NCBI GenBank assembly: GCA_964016885.1
Contig: OZ024756.1
Span: 11,842,001 to 11,906,000 of the forward strand
Length of the DNA stretch: 64,000 bases
Origin: Eledone cirrhosa
Lineage: Eukaryota
Direction of reading: 5' to 3'
The notes under the pieces were generated by a model. It was not told the DNA's origin, did not search any database, and saw only the letters and a list, made by a program, of their open reading frames with translations. Positions 39,805 to 52,082 of this stretch are shown here, one piece after another (position 1 is the stretch's first letter; each line of letters begins with the position of its first letter). The translations under genes and the position numbers were made by a program.

Positions 39805-42800
39805 TGTGTTGAGAGGTGAGAGGTAAGTTGTGTGAGAGATGAGAGGTAAGTTGTGTGAGAGGTGAGAGGTAAGTTGTGTGAGAGGTGAGAGGTAAGTTGT
39901 GTTGAGAGGTGAGAGGTAAGTTGTGTGAGAGGTGAGAGGTGAGAGGTAAGTTGTGTGAGAGGTGAGAGGTAAGTTGTGTGAGAGGTGAGAGGTGAGAGGT
40001 AAGTTGTGTTGAGAGGTGAGAGGTGAGAGGTAAGTTGTGTGAGAGGTGAGAGGTAAGTTGTGTTGAGAGGTGAGAGGTAAGTTGTGTTGAGAGGTGAGAG
40101 GTAAGTTGTGTGAGAGGTGAGAGGTGAGAGGTCAGTTGTGTTGAGAGGTGAGAGGTAAGTTGTGTGAGAGGTGAGAGGTGAGAGGTAAGTTGTGTTGAGA
40201 GGTGAGAGGTAAGTTGTGTTGAGAGGTGAGAGGTAAGTTGTGTGAGAGGTGAGAGGTAAGTTGTGTTGAGAGGTGAGAGGTAAGTTGTGTTGAGAGGTGA
40301 GAGGTAAGTTGTGTGAGAGGTGAGAGGTAAGTTGTGTGAGAGGTGAGAGGTGAGAGGTAAGTTGTGTGAGAGGTGAGAGGTAAGTTGTGTTGAGAGGTGA
40401 GAGGTGAGAGGTAAGTTGTGTGAGAGGTGAGAGGTCAGTTGTGTTGAGAGGTGAGAGGTAAGTTGTGTTGAGAGGTGAGAGGTAAGTTGTGTTGAGAGGT
40501 GAGAGGTAAGTTGTGTTGAGAGGTGAGAGGTAAGTTGTGTGAGAGGTGAGAGGTCAGTTGTGTTGAGAGGTGAGAGGTAAGTTGTGTTGAGAGGTGAGAG
40601 GTAAGTTGTGTGAGAGGTGAGAGGTAAGTTGTGTGAGAGGTGAGAGGTCAGTTGTGTTGAGAGGTGAGAGGTAAGTTGTGTGAGAGGTGAGAGGTCAGTT
40701 GTGTTGAGAGGTGAGAGGTAAGTTGTGTTGAGAGGTGAGAGGTAAGTTGTGTGAGAGGTGAGAGGTAAGTTGTGTGAGAGGTGAGAGGTGAGAGGTCAGT
40801 TGTGTTGAGAGGTGAGAGGTAAGTTGTGTGAGAGGTGAGAGGTAAGTTGTGTTGAGAGGTGAGAGGTAAGTTGTGTGAGAGGTGAGAGGTAAGTTGTGTG
40901 AGAGGTGAGAGGTAAGTTGTGTGAGAGGTGAGAGGTAAGTTGTGTTGAGAGGTGAGAGGTAAGTTGTGTGAGAGGTGAGAGGTCAGTTGTGTGAGAGGTG
41001 AGAGGTAAGTTGTGTGAGAGGTGAGAGGTAAGTTGTGTTGAGAGGTGAGAGGTAAGTTGTGTTGAGAGGTGAGAGGTAAGTTGTGTGAGAGGTGAGAGGT
41101 CAGTTGTGTGAGAGGTGAGAGGTAAGTTGTGTGAGAGGTGAGAGGTAAGTTGTGTGAGAGGTGAGAGGTAAGTTGTGTTGAGAGGTGAGAGGTAAGTTGT
41201 GTGAGAGGTGAGAGGTAAGTTGTGTGAGAGGTGAGAGGTAAGTTGTGTGAGAGGTGAGAGGTAAGTTGTGTGAGAGGTGAGAGGTAAGTTGTGTTGAGAG
41301 GTGAGAGGTAAGTTGTGTGAGAGGTGAGAGGTAAGTTGTGTTGAGAGGTGAGAGGTAAGTTGTGTTGAGAGGTGAGAGGTAAGTTGTGTGAGAGGTGAGA
41401 GGTAAGTTGTGTGAGACGTGAGAGGTAAGTTGTGTGAGAGGTGAGAGGTAAGTTGTGTGAGAGGTGAGAGGTAAGTTGTGTTGAGAGGTGAGAGGTAAGT
41501 TGTGTGAGAGGTGAGAGGTCAGTTGTGTGAGAGGTGAGAGGTCAGTTGTGTGAGAGGTGAGAGGTAAGTTGTGTTGAGAGGTGAGAGGTAAGTTGTGTGA
41601 GAGGTGAGAGGTCAGTTGTGTGAGAGGTGAGAGGTAAGTTGTGTGAGAGGTGAGAGGTCAGTTGTGTGAGAGGTGAGAGGTAAGTTGTGTTGAGAGGTGA
41701 GAGGTAAGTTGTGTTGAGAGGTGAGAGGTAAGTTGTGTGAGAGGTGAGAGGTTAGTTGGGTGAGAGGTGAGAGGTAAGTTGTGTGAGAGGTGAGAGGTAA
41801 GTTGTGTGAGAGGTGAGAGGTAAGTTGTGTTGAGAGGTGAGAGGTCAGTTGTGTGAGAGGTGAGAGGTGAGAGGTCAGTTGTGTGAGAGGTGAGATGTAA
41901 GTTGTGTGAGAGGTGAGAGGTTAGTTGGGTGAGAGGTAAGTTGTGTGAGAGGTGAGAGGTCAGTTGTGTTGAGAGGTGAGAGGTAAGTTGTGTGAGAGGT
42001 GAGAGGTTAGTTGGGTGAGAGGTGAGAGGTAAGTTGTGTGAGAGGTGAGAGGTAAGTTGTGTTGAGAGGTGAGAGGTAAGTTGTGTGAGAGGTGAGAGGT
42101 GAGAGGTTAGTTGGGTGAGAGGTGAGAGGTAAGGTGTGTGAGAGGTGAGAGGTAAGTTGTGTGAGAGGTGAGAGGTAAGTTGTGTGAGAGGTGAGAGGTA
42201 AGTTGTGTGAGAGGTGAGAGGTCAGTTGTGTGAGAGGTGAGAGGTAAGTTGTGTGAGAGGTGAGAGGTAAGTTGTGTGAGAGGTGAGAGGTAAGTTGTGT
42301 GAGAGGTGAGAGGTAAGTTGTGTGAGAGGTGAGAGGTAAGTTGTGTTGAGAGGTGAGAGGTAAGTTGTGTTGAGAGGTGAGAGGTGAGAGGTAAGTTGTG
42401 TTGAGAGGTGAGAGGTAAGTTGTGTGAGAGGTGAGAGGTAAGTTGTGTTGAGAGGTGAGAGGTAAGTTGTGTTGAGAGGTGAGAGGTAAGTTGTGTGAGA
42501 GGTGAGAGGTGAGAGGTCAGTTGTGTTGAGCGGTGAGAGGTAAGTTGTGTGAGAGGTGAGAGGTAAGTTGTGTTGAGAGGTGAGAGGTAAGTTGTGTTGA
42601 GAGGTGAGAGGTAAGTTGTGTGAGAGGTGAGAGGTAAGTTGTGTTGAGAGGTGAGAGGTAAGTTGTGTTGAGAGGTGAGAGGTAAGTTGTGTTGAGAGGT
42701 GAGAGGTAAGTTGTGTGAGAGGTGAGAGGTAAGTTGTGTGAGAGGTGAGAGGTGAGAGGTAAGTTGTGTGAGAGGTGAGAGGTAAGTTGTGTTGAGAGGT

Positions 42801-44843
42801 GAGAGTGAGAGGTAAGTTGTGTGAGAGGTGAGAGGTCAGTTGTGTTGAGAGGTGAGAGGTAAGTTGTGTTGAGAGGTGAGAGGTAAGTTGTGTTGAGAGG
42901 TGAGAGGTAAGTTGTGTTGAGAGGTGAGAGGTAAGTTGTGTGAGAGGTGAGAGGTCAGTTGTGTTGAGAGGTGAGAGGTAAGTTGTGTTGAGAGGTGAGA
43001 GGTAAGTTGTGTGAGAGGTGAGAGGTAAGTTGTGTGAGAGGTGAGAGGTCAGTTGTGTTGAGAGGTGAGAGGTAAGTTGTGTTGAGAGGTGAGAGGTAAG
43101 TTGTGTTGAGAGGTGAGAGGTAAGTTGTGTGAGAGGTGAGAGGTAAGTTGTGTGAGAGGTGAGAGGTGAGAGGTCAGTTGTGTTGAGAGGTGAGAGGTAA
43201 GTTGTGTGAGAGGTGAGAGGTAAGTTGTGTTGAGAGGTGAGAGGTAAGTTGTGTGAGAGGTGAGAGGTAAGTTGTGTGAGAGGTGAGAGGTAAGTTGTGT
43301 GAGAGGTGAGAGGTAAGTTGTGTTGAGAGGTGAGAGGTAAGTTGTGTGAGAGGTGAGAGGTCAGTTGTGTGAGAGGTGAGAGGTAAGTTGTGTGAGAGGT
43401 GAGAGGTAAGTTGTGTTGAGAGGTGAGAGGTAAGTTGTGTGAGAGGTGAGAGGTCAGTTGTGTGAGAGGTGAGAGGTAAGTTGTGTGAGAGGTGAGAGGT
43501 AAGTTGTGTGAGAGGTGAGAGGTAAGTTGTGTTGAGAGGTGAGAGGTAAGTTGTGTGAGAGGTGAGAGGTAAGTTGTGTGAGAGGTGAGAGGTAAGTTGT
43601 GTGAGAGGTGAGAGGTAAGTTGTGTTGAGAGGTGAGAGGTAAGTTGTGTGAGAGGTGAGAGGTAGTTGAGGTGAGAGGTAAGTTGTGTTGAGAGGTGAGA
43701 GGTAAGTTGTGTGAGAGGTGAGAGGTTAGTTGGGTGAGAGGTGAGAGGTAAGTTGTGTGAGAGGTGAGAGGTAAGTTGTGTGAGAGGTGAGAGGTAAGTT
43801 GTGTTGAGAGGTGAGAGGTCAGTTGTGTGAGAGGTGAGAGGTGAGAGGTCAGTTGTGTGAGAGGTGAGAGGTCAGTTGTGTTGAGAGGTGAGAGGTAAGT
43901 TGTGTGAGAGGTGAGAGGTTAGTTGGGTGAGAGGTGAGAGGTCAGTTGTGTTGAGAGGTGAGAGGTAAGTTGTGTGAGAGGTGAGAGGTTAGTTGGGTGA
44001 GAGGTGAGAGGTCAGTTGTGTTGAGAGGTGAGAGGTAAGTTGTGTGAGAGGTGAGAGGTTAGTTGGGTGAGAGGTGAGAGGTCAGTTGTGTTGAGAGGTG
44101 AGAGGTAAGTTGTGTGAGAGGTGAGAGGTTAGTTGGGTGAGAGGTGAGAGGTAAGTTGTGTGAGAGGTGAGAGGTAAGTTGTGTGAGAGGTGAGAGGTCA
44201 GTTGTGTGAGAGGTGAGAGGTCAGTTGGGTGAGAGGTGAGAGGTCAGTTGTGTGAGAGGTGAGAGGTAAGTTGTGTGAGAGGTGAGAGGTAAGTTGTGTG
44301 AGAGGTGAGAGGTCAGTTGGGTGAGAGGTGAGAGGTAAGTTGTGTGAGAGGTGAGAGGTGAGAGGTCAGTTGTGTGAGAGGTGAGAGGTAAGTTGGGTGA
44401 GAGGTGAGAGGTCAGTTGTGTGAGAGGTGAGAGGTAAGTTGTGTGAGAGGTGAGAGGTCAGTTGTGCGAGAGGTGAGAGGTCAGTTGGGTGAGAGGTGAG
44501 AGGTCAGTTGTGCGAGAGGTGAGAGGTCAGTTGGGTGAGAGGTGAGAGGTCAGTTGGGTGAGAGGTGAGAGGTCAGTTGTGTGAGAGGTGAGAGGTCAGT
44601 TGTGTGAGAGGTGAGAGGTCAGTTGGGTGAGAGGTGAGAGGTCAGTTGTGTGAGAGGTGAGAGGTCAGTTGTGTGAGAGGTGAGAGGTGAGAGGTCAGTT
44701 GTGTGAGAGGTGAGAGGTCAGTTGTGTGAGAGGTGAGAGGTCAGTTGGGTGAGAGGTGAGAGGTCAGTTGTGTGAGAGGTGAGAGGTCAGTTGTGTTGAG
44801 AGGTGAGAGGTCAGTTGTGTGAGAGGTGAGAGGTCAGTTGTGT
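39805..44843. repeat. 23/24-bp satellite, roughly 210 units
   Basis: GAGAGGT GAGAGGT AAGTTGTGT(T), with GTCAGT and GTTAGTTGGG variants. Confidence 0.97.
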
Positions 44844-45294
44844 GTGTGTATTTGTAGATGTGTTAGCTGTGTGTGTGTGTATTTGTAGATGCCATGTGTA
44901 CCCTTAATATAGTCTTCAAGGAGATTCAGCAGGTTACAAGGTATGACATGGTTGACCCATTGTATTACAGGTAGATCTAATTAGACTGGAGCAACAGAAA
45001 AGTGTCTTGCTCAAGGACAACATGTGAATCAAACTCAAACTAAACACCACATAGAGCCGTTACAATATTGTTTAGCCCTTGTTAGCCTGTTCCACCTTAC
45101 CTGTGAGCAGAGTCTTCCCAACCATGACCCTCCTCTCCTTTGCATGACATTCTATCTATGACTATTATGCAACATATTCCTAATTAAAGTAGGCAATAGG
45201 TTGTGATGTATGACTGCTATTTCTAGCCAGAATCAGTTCCCGTATGAGCAAGACATGGTCACCCGACTGTATTATACAACATATTCCTAATTAA

Positions 45295-45696
45295 CCCTTT
45301 AACATTCACATTACTTTATATATACTATTATATTTTAATGGCAAAGGCTTTACTTCACATAATTATCTCACATAATATCGAATCTATGAGATTTTGAAAG
45401 TATTTATTTTGAGAACAATACCTTAACATCAGTTTGAGTGACCAGTTACAGCCAGTTTCAACAGAAATATCAGATTATACGTTTCTTATCTATACAGGGA
45501 GGTCTTTGAAAAGGGTATGTATTGCTAATAAGTGTGTTTATGGATATATATATATAAATTCATAAATAAGACCAAGGTTAAATATTATTATTTATTTCTA
45601 CATCTATGGTTGGTTGTTTCAACACAGTCAGAATATTTCAATTGTGGAGAAAAAAACAGACATTATCAGTTAAGAAACTCCATTATAGGTGACTTA

Positions 45697-45766
<70 letters not shown>

Positions 45767-45936
45767 GCTAAGGAAGAGTGTACGGAGGAGGGGGGTGGAA
45801 GGCTGAGGAAGAGTGTAAGGGGGGAGGTGGAGTGAAGGTGAGGCTGAGGAAGAATGTAAGGGGGAGGTGGAGTGGGAGGGCGAGGAAGAGTGTAAGTGTG
45901 AGGTGGAGTGGATTCTGGCCGGTTAACATTAAAGGG
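45295..45936 (-). mobile_element. MITE copy with a ~440-bp captured insert, TTAA TSD
   Basis: TTAA at 45291-45294 and 45937-45940. MITE sequence at 45295-45470 and 45912-45936. Confidence 0.85.
45471..45911. repeat. Inverted duplicate of 48135-48566
   Basis: Collinear reverse-complement match, including the TA/CT microsatellites. Confidence 0.9.
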
Positions 45937-45974
45937 TTAAAGTAGGCAATAGGTTGTGATGTGTGACTGCTATT

Positions 45975-46158
45975 TCTAGCCAGAATCGGTTCCTGTGTCA
46001 GCAAGACATGGTCAGCTGACTGGACACTGCCCACAACAGGACAACCTGTCTAACCCATGCTAGCGTGGAAGAACGGACGTAAAACAGTGGCATCCTGTGG
46101 AGTTCATCATATTTTTTTTGCAAGCAGGGAAAAGCGGACGTAAAATGATGATGATGAT
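45975..46158 (+). mobile_element. RTE-B 3' end followed by an RTE-C terminal fragment
   Basis: ...CCCATGCTAGCGTGGAAGAACGGACGTAAAAC, then TTGCAAGCAGGGAAAAGCGGACGTAAAA(TGA)n. Confidence 0.75.
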
Positions 46159-46220
46159 ATATATATATATATATATACACACTATATATATACACTAACA
46201 TATATATATATACATAATAC

Positions 46221-46510
46221 AATATTAAATAAATGGAAAACTATATTTATAAAACCATATTTATTTCATTATATATATTTCGGGGATATCATATTAACAA
46301 TATGCTATGCCTTCATCAGACAAAATACAATATAAACAGTTTTATAGATAAATATATTCGACATACCGTAATAAATTTATCTATAAAACTGTTTATATTG
46401 TATTTTGTCTGATGAAGGCATAGCATATTGTTAATATGATATCCCCGAAATATATATAAGTAAATAAATATGGTTTTATAAATATAGTTTTCCATTTATT
46501 TAATATTTAA
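46221..46510. repeat. Long near-perfect inverted repeat (~130-bp arms) of hammerhead-bearing units; same family as 1761-2543
   Basis: AATATTAAATAAATGGAAAAC...TCATCAGACAAAATAC and its reverse complement, ~20-nt spacer. Confidence 0.85.
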
Positions 46511-48301
46511 TATTGTAAATATACTCCAAGGATTTGTCGAGTGCTTTTATATCAGTTATAAATATTTACTAGTTGTAACCCAACAATTTTAAATATAACT
46601 TTACATGTATATACATAATATATATATACATAATATATATATACATACTATATATATATATATATATATATATACTATATATATATATATACATACTATA
46701 TATATATATATACATACTATAGTAGAATAATCGAGTATCGAAAAATCGGCGCACGAGTTCACGATAAACAAAATTCGAATGAGCGGCAGAGGGCTCAATA
46801 ATTCAGATAAATCAGAGCTATAACTATCGTTAAAATACCGACACACATAGAACATGTCTAAATCAACCATACGACCGAAAAATTACGATCTGGAAGATTC
46901 GGGACACTCAGATGAAATATCAATAAATCAATAAATCAGATGAATGTAAAAAGCTTACCCGGACCCGCTAGAAAGATGGTAAATCTAGCTGCTTGGGTTT
47001 CTGTAAATCCTTAAACCACCCTCTATCAGCCCACATAAAAATATATAAGACTTCTAGAAAGCGGCGGACCGGAATTACTTTCTCAACGAGCTTTTGTCCG
47101 AACGAATGAAAAGGCACAACCCAAGTTGAAAAAACGCACATGGAATTCAGCAAGGGAGATAACCTCTATATCCGCAAAAAATATTCGGGGAAAATGTGGA
47201 AATTCACATATCGAATAAGAGTGCTCAATAGACATGTTAAAATAAACAGGATATATATATTTATATATATAGTATAGTATATCATCATCATCATCATCAT
47301 CATCATTTTACGTCCGCTTTTCCCTGCTTGCAAGGGTGGGACGGGTCTTATATATATAATATATAGTATATATATAGTATATATATATATATATATATAC
47401 TGTAAATGAGGTTGGTGTTAGGAGGGGCATCCAGCTGTAAAAAACCTGCTGGAGAAGCTCCCATGTGAGCAAGACAGGGTCTCCCCCCCCCCCCCAATCA
47501 AATGGAACAAAACTGGCTAACCCATGCTCTCTCTCTATGTATATATATATCACTCACTCTCTATCTATCTCCCCCTCCCCCTCTCTCAGAGACTGCTGGG
47601 ATATTTTATATTCTAATTAACAGACACAAAGGCAGCAGTTGTCTGTTACTTTAGAAAGACAATAAAAGCTTTGTTGTTGCCCATATATCCTCCCCCACCC
47701 CACCCCTCTCCACCACTCCTCACTACACACCTCCCCAATTCCCCCACCACACTCCACCATCACCACACCCCTCTACCACCCCCCCCACTACTACCCGCAC
47801 CACCCCCCACCACCCCACCATCTCTATATTACTCTACATTCCTCATTACTTCTGACTTATTCCAACAATATCAATGTCAAACCTTTCCTCTTAAATAGCT
47901 TTCAATTAAATTGATAAAACAACAGAACATCCACTTCTTTCTCCTCCTTACACTCTTCCTCAGCCTCCCCTTCACTCCACCTCCCCCCCACTGTTCCTCA
48001 CCCTCCCACTCTTCTTCACCCTCCCATTCTTTCTCACCCTCCCACTCCACCTCACCCTTACACTCTTCCTCAGCCTCACCTTCACTCTACCTCCCCCTTA
48101 CACTCTTCCTCAGCCTCCCAGTCTTCCTCACCCCCCACTCCACCTCACCCTTACACTCTTCCTCGCCCTTACACTCTTCCTCAGCCTCCCACTCCACCTC
48201 CCCCTTACATTCTTCCTCAGCCTCACCTTCACTCCACCTCCCCCCTTACACTCTTCCTCAGCCCTCCACTCCCCCTCCCCCTTACACTCTTCCTTAACCT
48301 C

Positions 48302-48338
<37 letters not shown>

Positions 48339-48492
48339 TAAGTCACCTATAATGGAGTTTCTTAACTGATAATGTCTGTTTTTTTCTCCACAATTGAAAT
48401 ATTCTGACTGTTGAAACAACCAACCATAGATGTAGAAATAAATAATAATATTTAACCTTGATCTTATTTATGAATATATATATATATATATA

Positions 48493-48924
48493 TCCATAAA
48501 AACACTTATTAGTAATACATACCCTTTTCAAAGACCTCCATGTATAGATAAGAAATGTATAATCTGTAAACTAAGCCCCCATATTAACTGTAAAACTAGA
48601 AATGTAGTATATAGCATAAGATGTACTGAAGGACAATGTAGAGACAAAAATATAGTGTACATAGGTGAGACAGCTCGTAGTATAGGGGAACGGATAAATG
48701 AACACTGGCGAGAGCTTCAAGATAGTAAAGAATCATCTGTACTCCACCAACATGCTAAAATAGAACATAAGGGTAAATTAGAGAATATAGAAATAAAAAT
48801 AGAATCTACACACAGAAAAGACGCAATGTTTAGACAAATCACAGAGGCAATAAACATAAATGAACTCCAACCAAAATTAAATAGAAAACATGAATGGAAT
48901 AGCAACATCACAACTTACAATTAA
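48493..48924 (+). mobile_element. Penelope-like element fragment: Cys motif + GIY-YIG endonuclease
   Basis: The open frame extends upstream of the listed ORF: SIKTLISNTYPFQRPPCIDKKCIICKLSPHINCKTRNVVYSIRC...VYIGETARSIGERINEH...QITEAINI...PKLNRK, i.e. VVY..YIG, R..EH, E and N motifs. No RT is present; the fragment starts at (TA)n. Confidence 0.88.
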
Positions 48925-49111
48925 GGACAAAATGAAAACACACACACACACACACATAGAACAAACAACCAACCAATAACATGTAAATAAACAAATATAA
49001 ACACACACAGACACCCGGATGTAACACATGCGCAAACTAAGCACACAACAAAAACAAGATGGCGTAGGACAGAACAAAGGAGAGGCACAAAAACAAAGAA
49101 AAGAATCCCCA

Positions 49112-49154
49112 GTCACTGAAGAGGTCACAGAATGTGTGACGAAAGAACTTTGAC
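49112..49154 (+). ncRNA. Minimal hammerhead downstream of the Penelope GIY-YIG ORF
   Basis: GTCA CTGAAGA G GTCACA/TGTGAC GAA AG-AA-CT T TGAC; ~190 nt after the ORF stop on the same strand. Confidence 0.68.
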
Positions 49155-49670
49155 AATATATGAACAATCGTCTGGTTGTGGAACCAGCCAACCAACTGGA
49201 AATTTATAAATTTAATTTATAATAAATTGGAGTGAAAGCAACTGGTGCGTGTGTTTCTTATTGGCAACATGACCCTACCAAAGCATAACAATATCGGTTT
49301 CAACACACGTTTTCAGATAAAGAATCTAGCTAAACAAATTCAGAAACGAAATATATATATATATATATATAAAATTGCAAGTTTGAAGAATTATTAGATA
49401 AAATATATACAGTCTTTCCTCTCCGAAGTCTGTAGAAATCAACCACATAAATAATCATTTAAACGAGGCTATAAGTTTAAAATGTAACTATGAAGAAATA
49501 ATAGACAAATGATACAGACTATCTTCCGCGAGGAACAGCCAGATAAAATTTTCCTAGTCGTTCCTTTTAGCTCGTAGAAATTGACTAGACAAATAATCAA
49601 CTAAATGGAGTTAGGTCTAAAATATAAGTTAGAAGAAAAAATGAATATAAACTTTATCAAAATTCCTCTA

Positions 49671-49756
49671 GTCTCGACTGTCGACAGTTTCGCTCTTTTT
49701 TTGCGGATATATCCAATCCTGGATTTTTCCACGAGGCTTGGAGCTTATCAAGAGAC
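49671..49756 (-). ncRNA. Type I hammerhead with U3-A8 core variant
   Basis: GTCTC TTGATAA GCTC...GAGC GAA ACTG-TCGA-CAGT C GAGAC; GUC cleavage triplet. Confidence 0.72.
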
Positions 49757-50162
49757 ACCACGAGTTTGAAAATTTTACCGTGATCACCACCAGAAATGAA
49801 TTCAAAAATGGCTTAGAACTATCACATGGCTAGTAATCAAGGTAGAAGGTTGTAATTGGTTGCCAGGCGGCGAGTAGGCTAGTTGCTAGAAAGTGAAGCC
49901 AGATACTGCCTAAAGTGTTACTCTACCTTACGGGATATATATATATTTGTTTTGCAAGGTTTTTTATATGAAATCGTGTGTCAAAACAAATATTGTTATA
50001 CTTGGGGAGGGTCATATTGTTGTAATAATATTGCCAGAATTAATAACAGAACACACTCACTGTTTGGTTGGTTTTCGCTTCTGTGTCTTTTATATCAGTT
50101 AATTCATTCGGTCCTCAATGTTTATCATTGACAGCAATGGTTAAAAATACAGATATAAATAT

Positions 50163-50342
50163 ATATATAGTCTAACAAAGTTCTTTTGTTGCACATCTGC
50201 GACATCATCAGTGGTCCTATTATCATGTTTCCTACTATTGTGTTGTGTTTACACCATTTTTATTTTATCAATAAAACATGATAATAGTACCACTGATGAT
50301 GTTGCAGATGTGCAACAAAAGAACTTTGTTAGACTATATATA
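50163..50342. repeat. Inverted repeat of hammerhead-like units related to 49112-49154
   Basis: ~65-bp arms containing CTGATGATGTTGCAGATGTGCAACAAAAGAACTTTG (G12 mutated in both arms). Confidence 0.8.
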
Positions 50343-50478
50343 TATATTATATCTGTATTTTTTACCGTTGGTCAGTCAATGATAAACATTGATTGCCAAA
50401 TAAATTAACTATATATATATAGACATGGTCAGCCGACCGGGCACTGCCCACAACAGGACAACCTGTCTAACCCATGCT

Positions 50479-50678
50479 NNNNNNNNNNNNNNNNNNNNNN
50501 NNNNNNNNNNNNNNNNNNNNNNNNNNNNNNNNNNNNNNNNNNNNNNNNNNNNNNNNNNNNNNNNNNNNNNNNNNNNNNNNNNNNNNNNNNNNNNNNNNNN
50601 NNNNNNNNNNNNNNNNNNNNNNNNNNNNNNNNNNNNNNNNNNNNNNNNNNNNNNNNNNNNNNNNNNNNNNNNNNNNNN
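50479..50678. other. Assembly gap (200 N)
   Basis: Run of N; contiguity across it is not guaranteed. Confidence 1.
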
Positions 50679-51890
50679 AGTGTATCAGCACTGACAAGCT
50701 TCTCCCTACCTACTCCTGTAATTACACACTTCTTATTCCCCACACACATACATATATTTATGCACACACACACACACATATATATGTGTGAGTGTATTCA
50801 TAAGCATACATACATCCCATGCAAACATGGAAAAGCAGATGTAAAACTGATGATGATGATGATGTACATATATTGATGTATACTTGCTTGCAAGAGAAAA
50901 ATAAATATAGGAGACTCATCCGAAATCATATAACTTGAATGATGGAAGCTTTGGTAGTGAGTTGGGGCTTGCATGTATTTCATTGAACTCTCAAAACCTC
51001 TCTGACAAACTATTAAAATTCGATCAAAAGAAATAGAGCAACATTTGATGTGGACAAACCACGTGGCTCTCCAACACATTTTATATTTCAAGAAAATAAA
51101 TCTGAAGAGATATTCCAATGAAAAATATTAACTCTTAACGTACTGTACCACATGAAGTAAGATATTCTTGAAAAAGTATAAAACAGAACTATGATTGTCT
51201 CATATTGAAAATTAAAATCTTTACTTTAAAACTATGAATTTTCACAACAATCTATCTCCTAGTAAAGATACTATAAACATTTGAATTAACAAACTGCATG
51301 AAGCCATTGAAAATGTACAAAACAGCACTATGATGGAATTATATTAAAAATTAAAAGTCTTTACTCCAATACTGTAAATTTTCACAACGATTTGTCCACT
51401 AGTTAACAAGCTACAAACCAAAAATATATAAAGATGTGGTGCCTTAACATGGCCACAGTCTGATGATGGAAACCAGTATAAGAATAGAAGAAGAATAGCT
51501 GTGTATTTAAGAAGTTTGGTTTGCCACCTTGTAGTTCCAGGTTTGTTCTAACTACACACCATCTCAAGTGAAATATCTGCCTACGGTAGTTCTCAATGGT
51601 CTAATGCCTTACATTTGCAGTTTAGCCCTTTAGCACTTACATTACTCTATATATACTATTATATTTTCAAGGTAAAGGCTTTATCTCGCATAATTATCTC
51701 ACATAATATCGAATCTATTTATTTTGAAAACAATACCTTAACATCAGTTTGAGCGACCAGTTACAGCCAGTTTCAACAGAAAGAATTCTGGCCGGTTTGA
51801 ACATTAAATATACTTCATATACACTCACTGCTATTCTATATGTAGGGTTCACATTCCATCATTGATCGAGCTTCTCCCTCTTATATATAT

Positions 51891-52082
51891 AATTGTTTCT
51901 ACGTTTGGCACAAGGCCAGCAATTATCCCAGTGTATTACTGGTACTTTATTTTATCGACCCCGTAAGGATGAAAGGCAAAGTTAACCATCTCCAGCATTT
52001 GAACTCAGAATGGCAAGGGCCGTAACTCTATGCATCAAAGCATAGCATCCGACCCTCTACCGATACTGCCAATCCACCGCCC
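51891..52082 (-). mobile_element. SINE B copy
   Basis: Full-length match. Confidence 0.85.
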
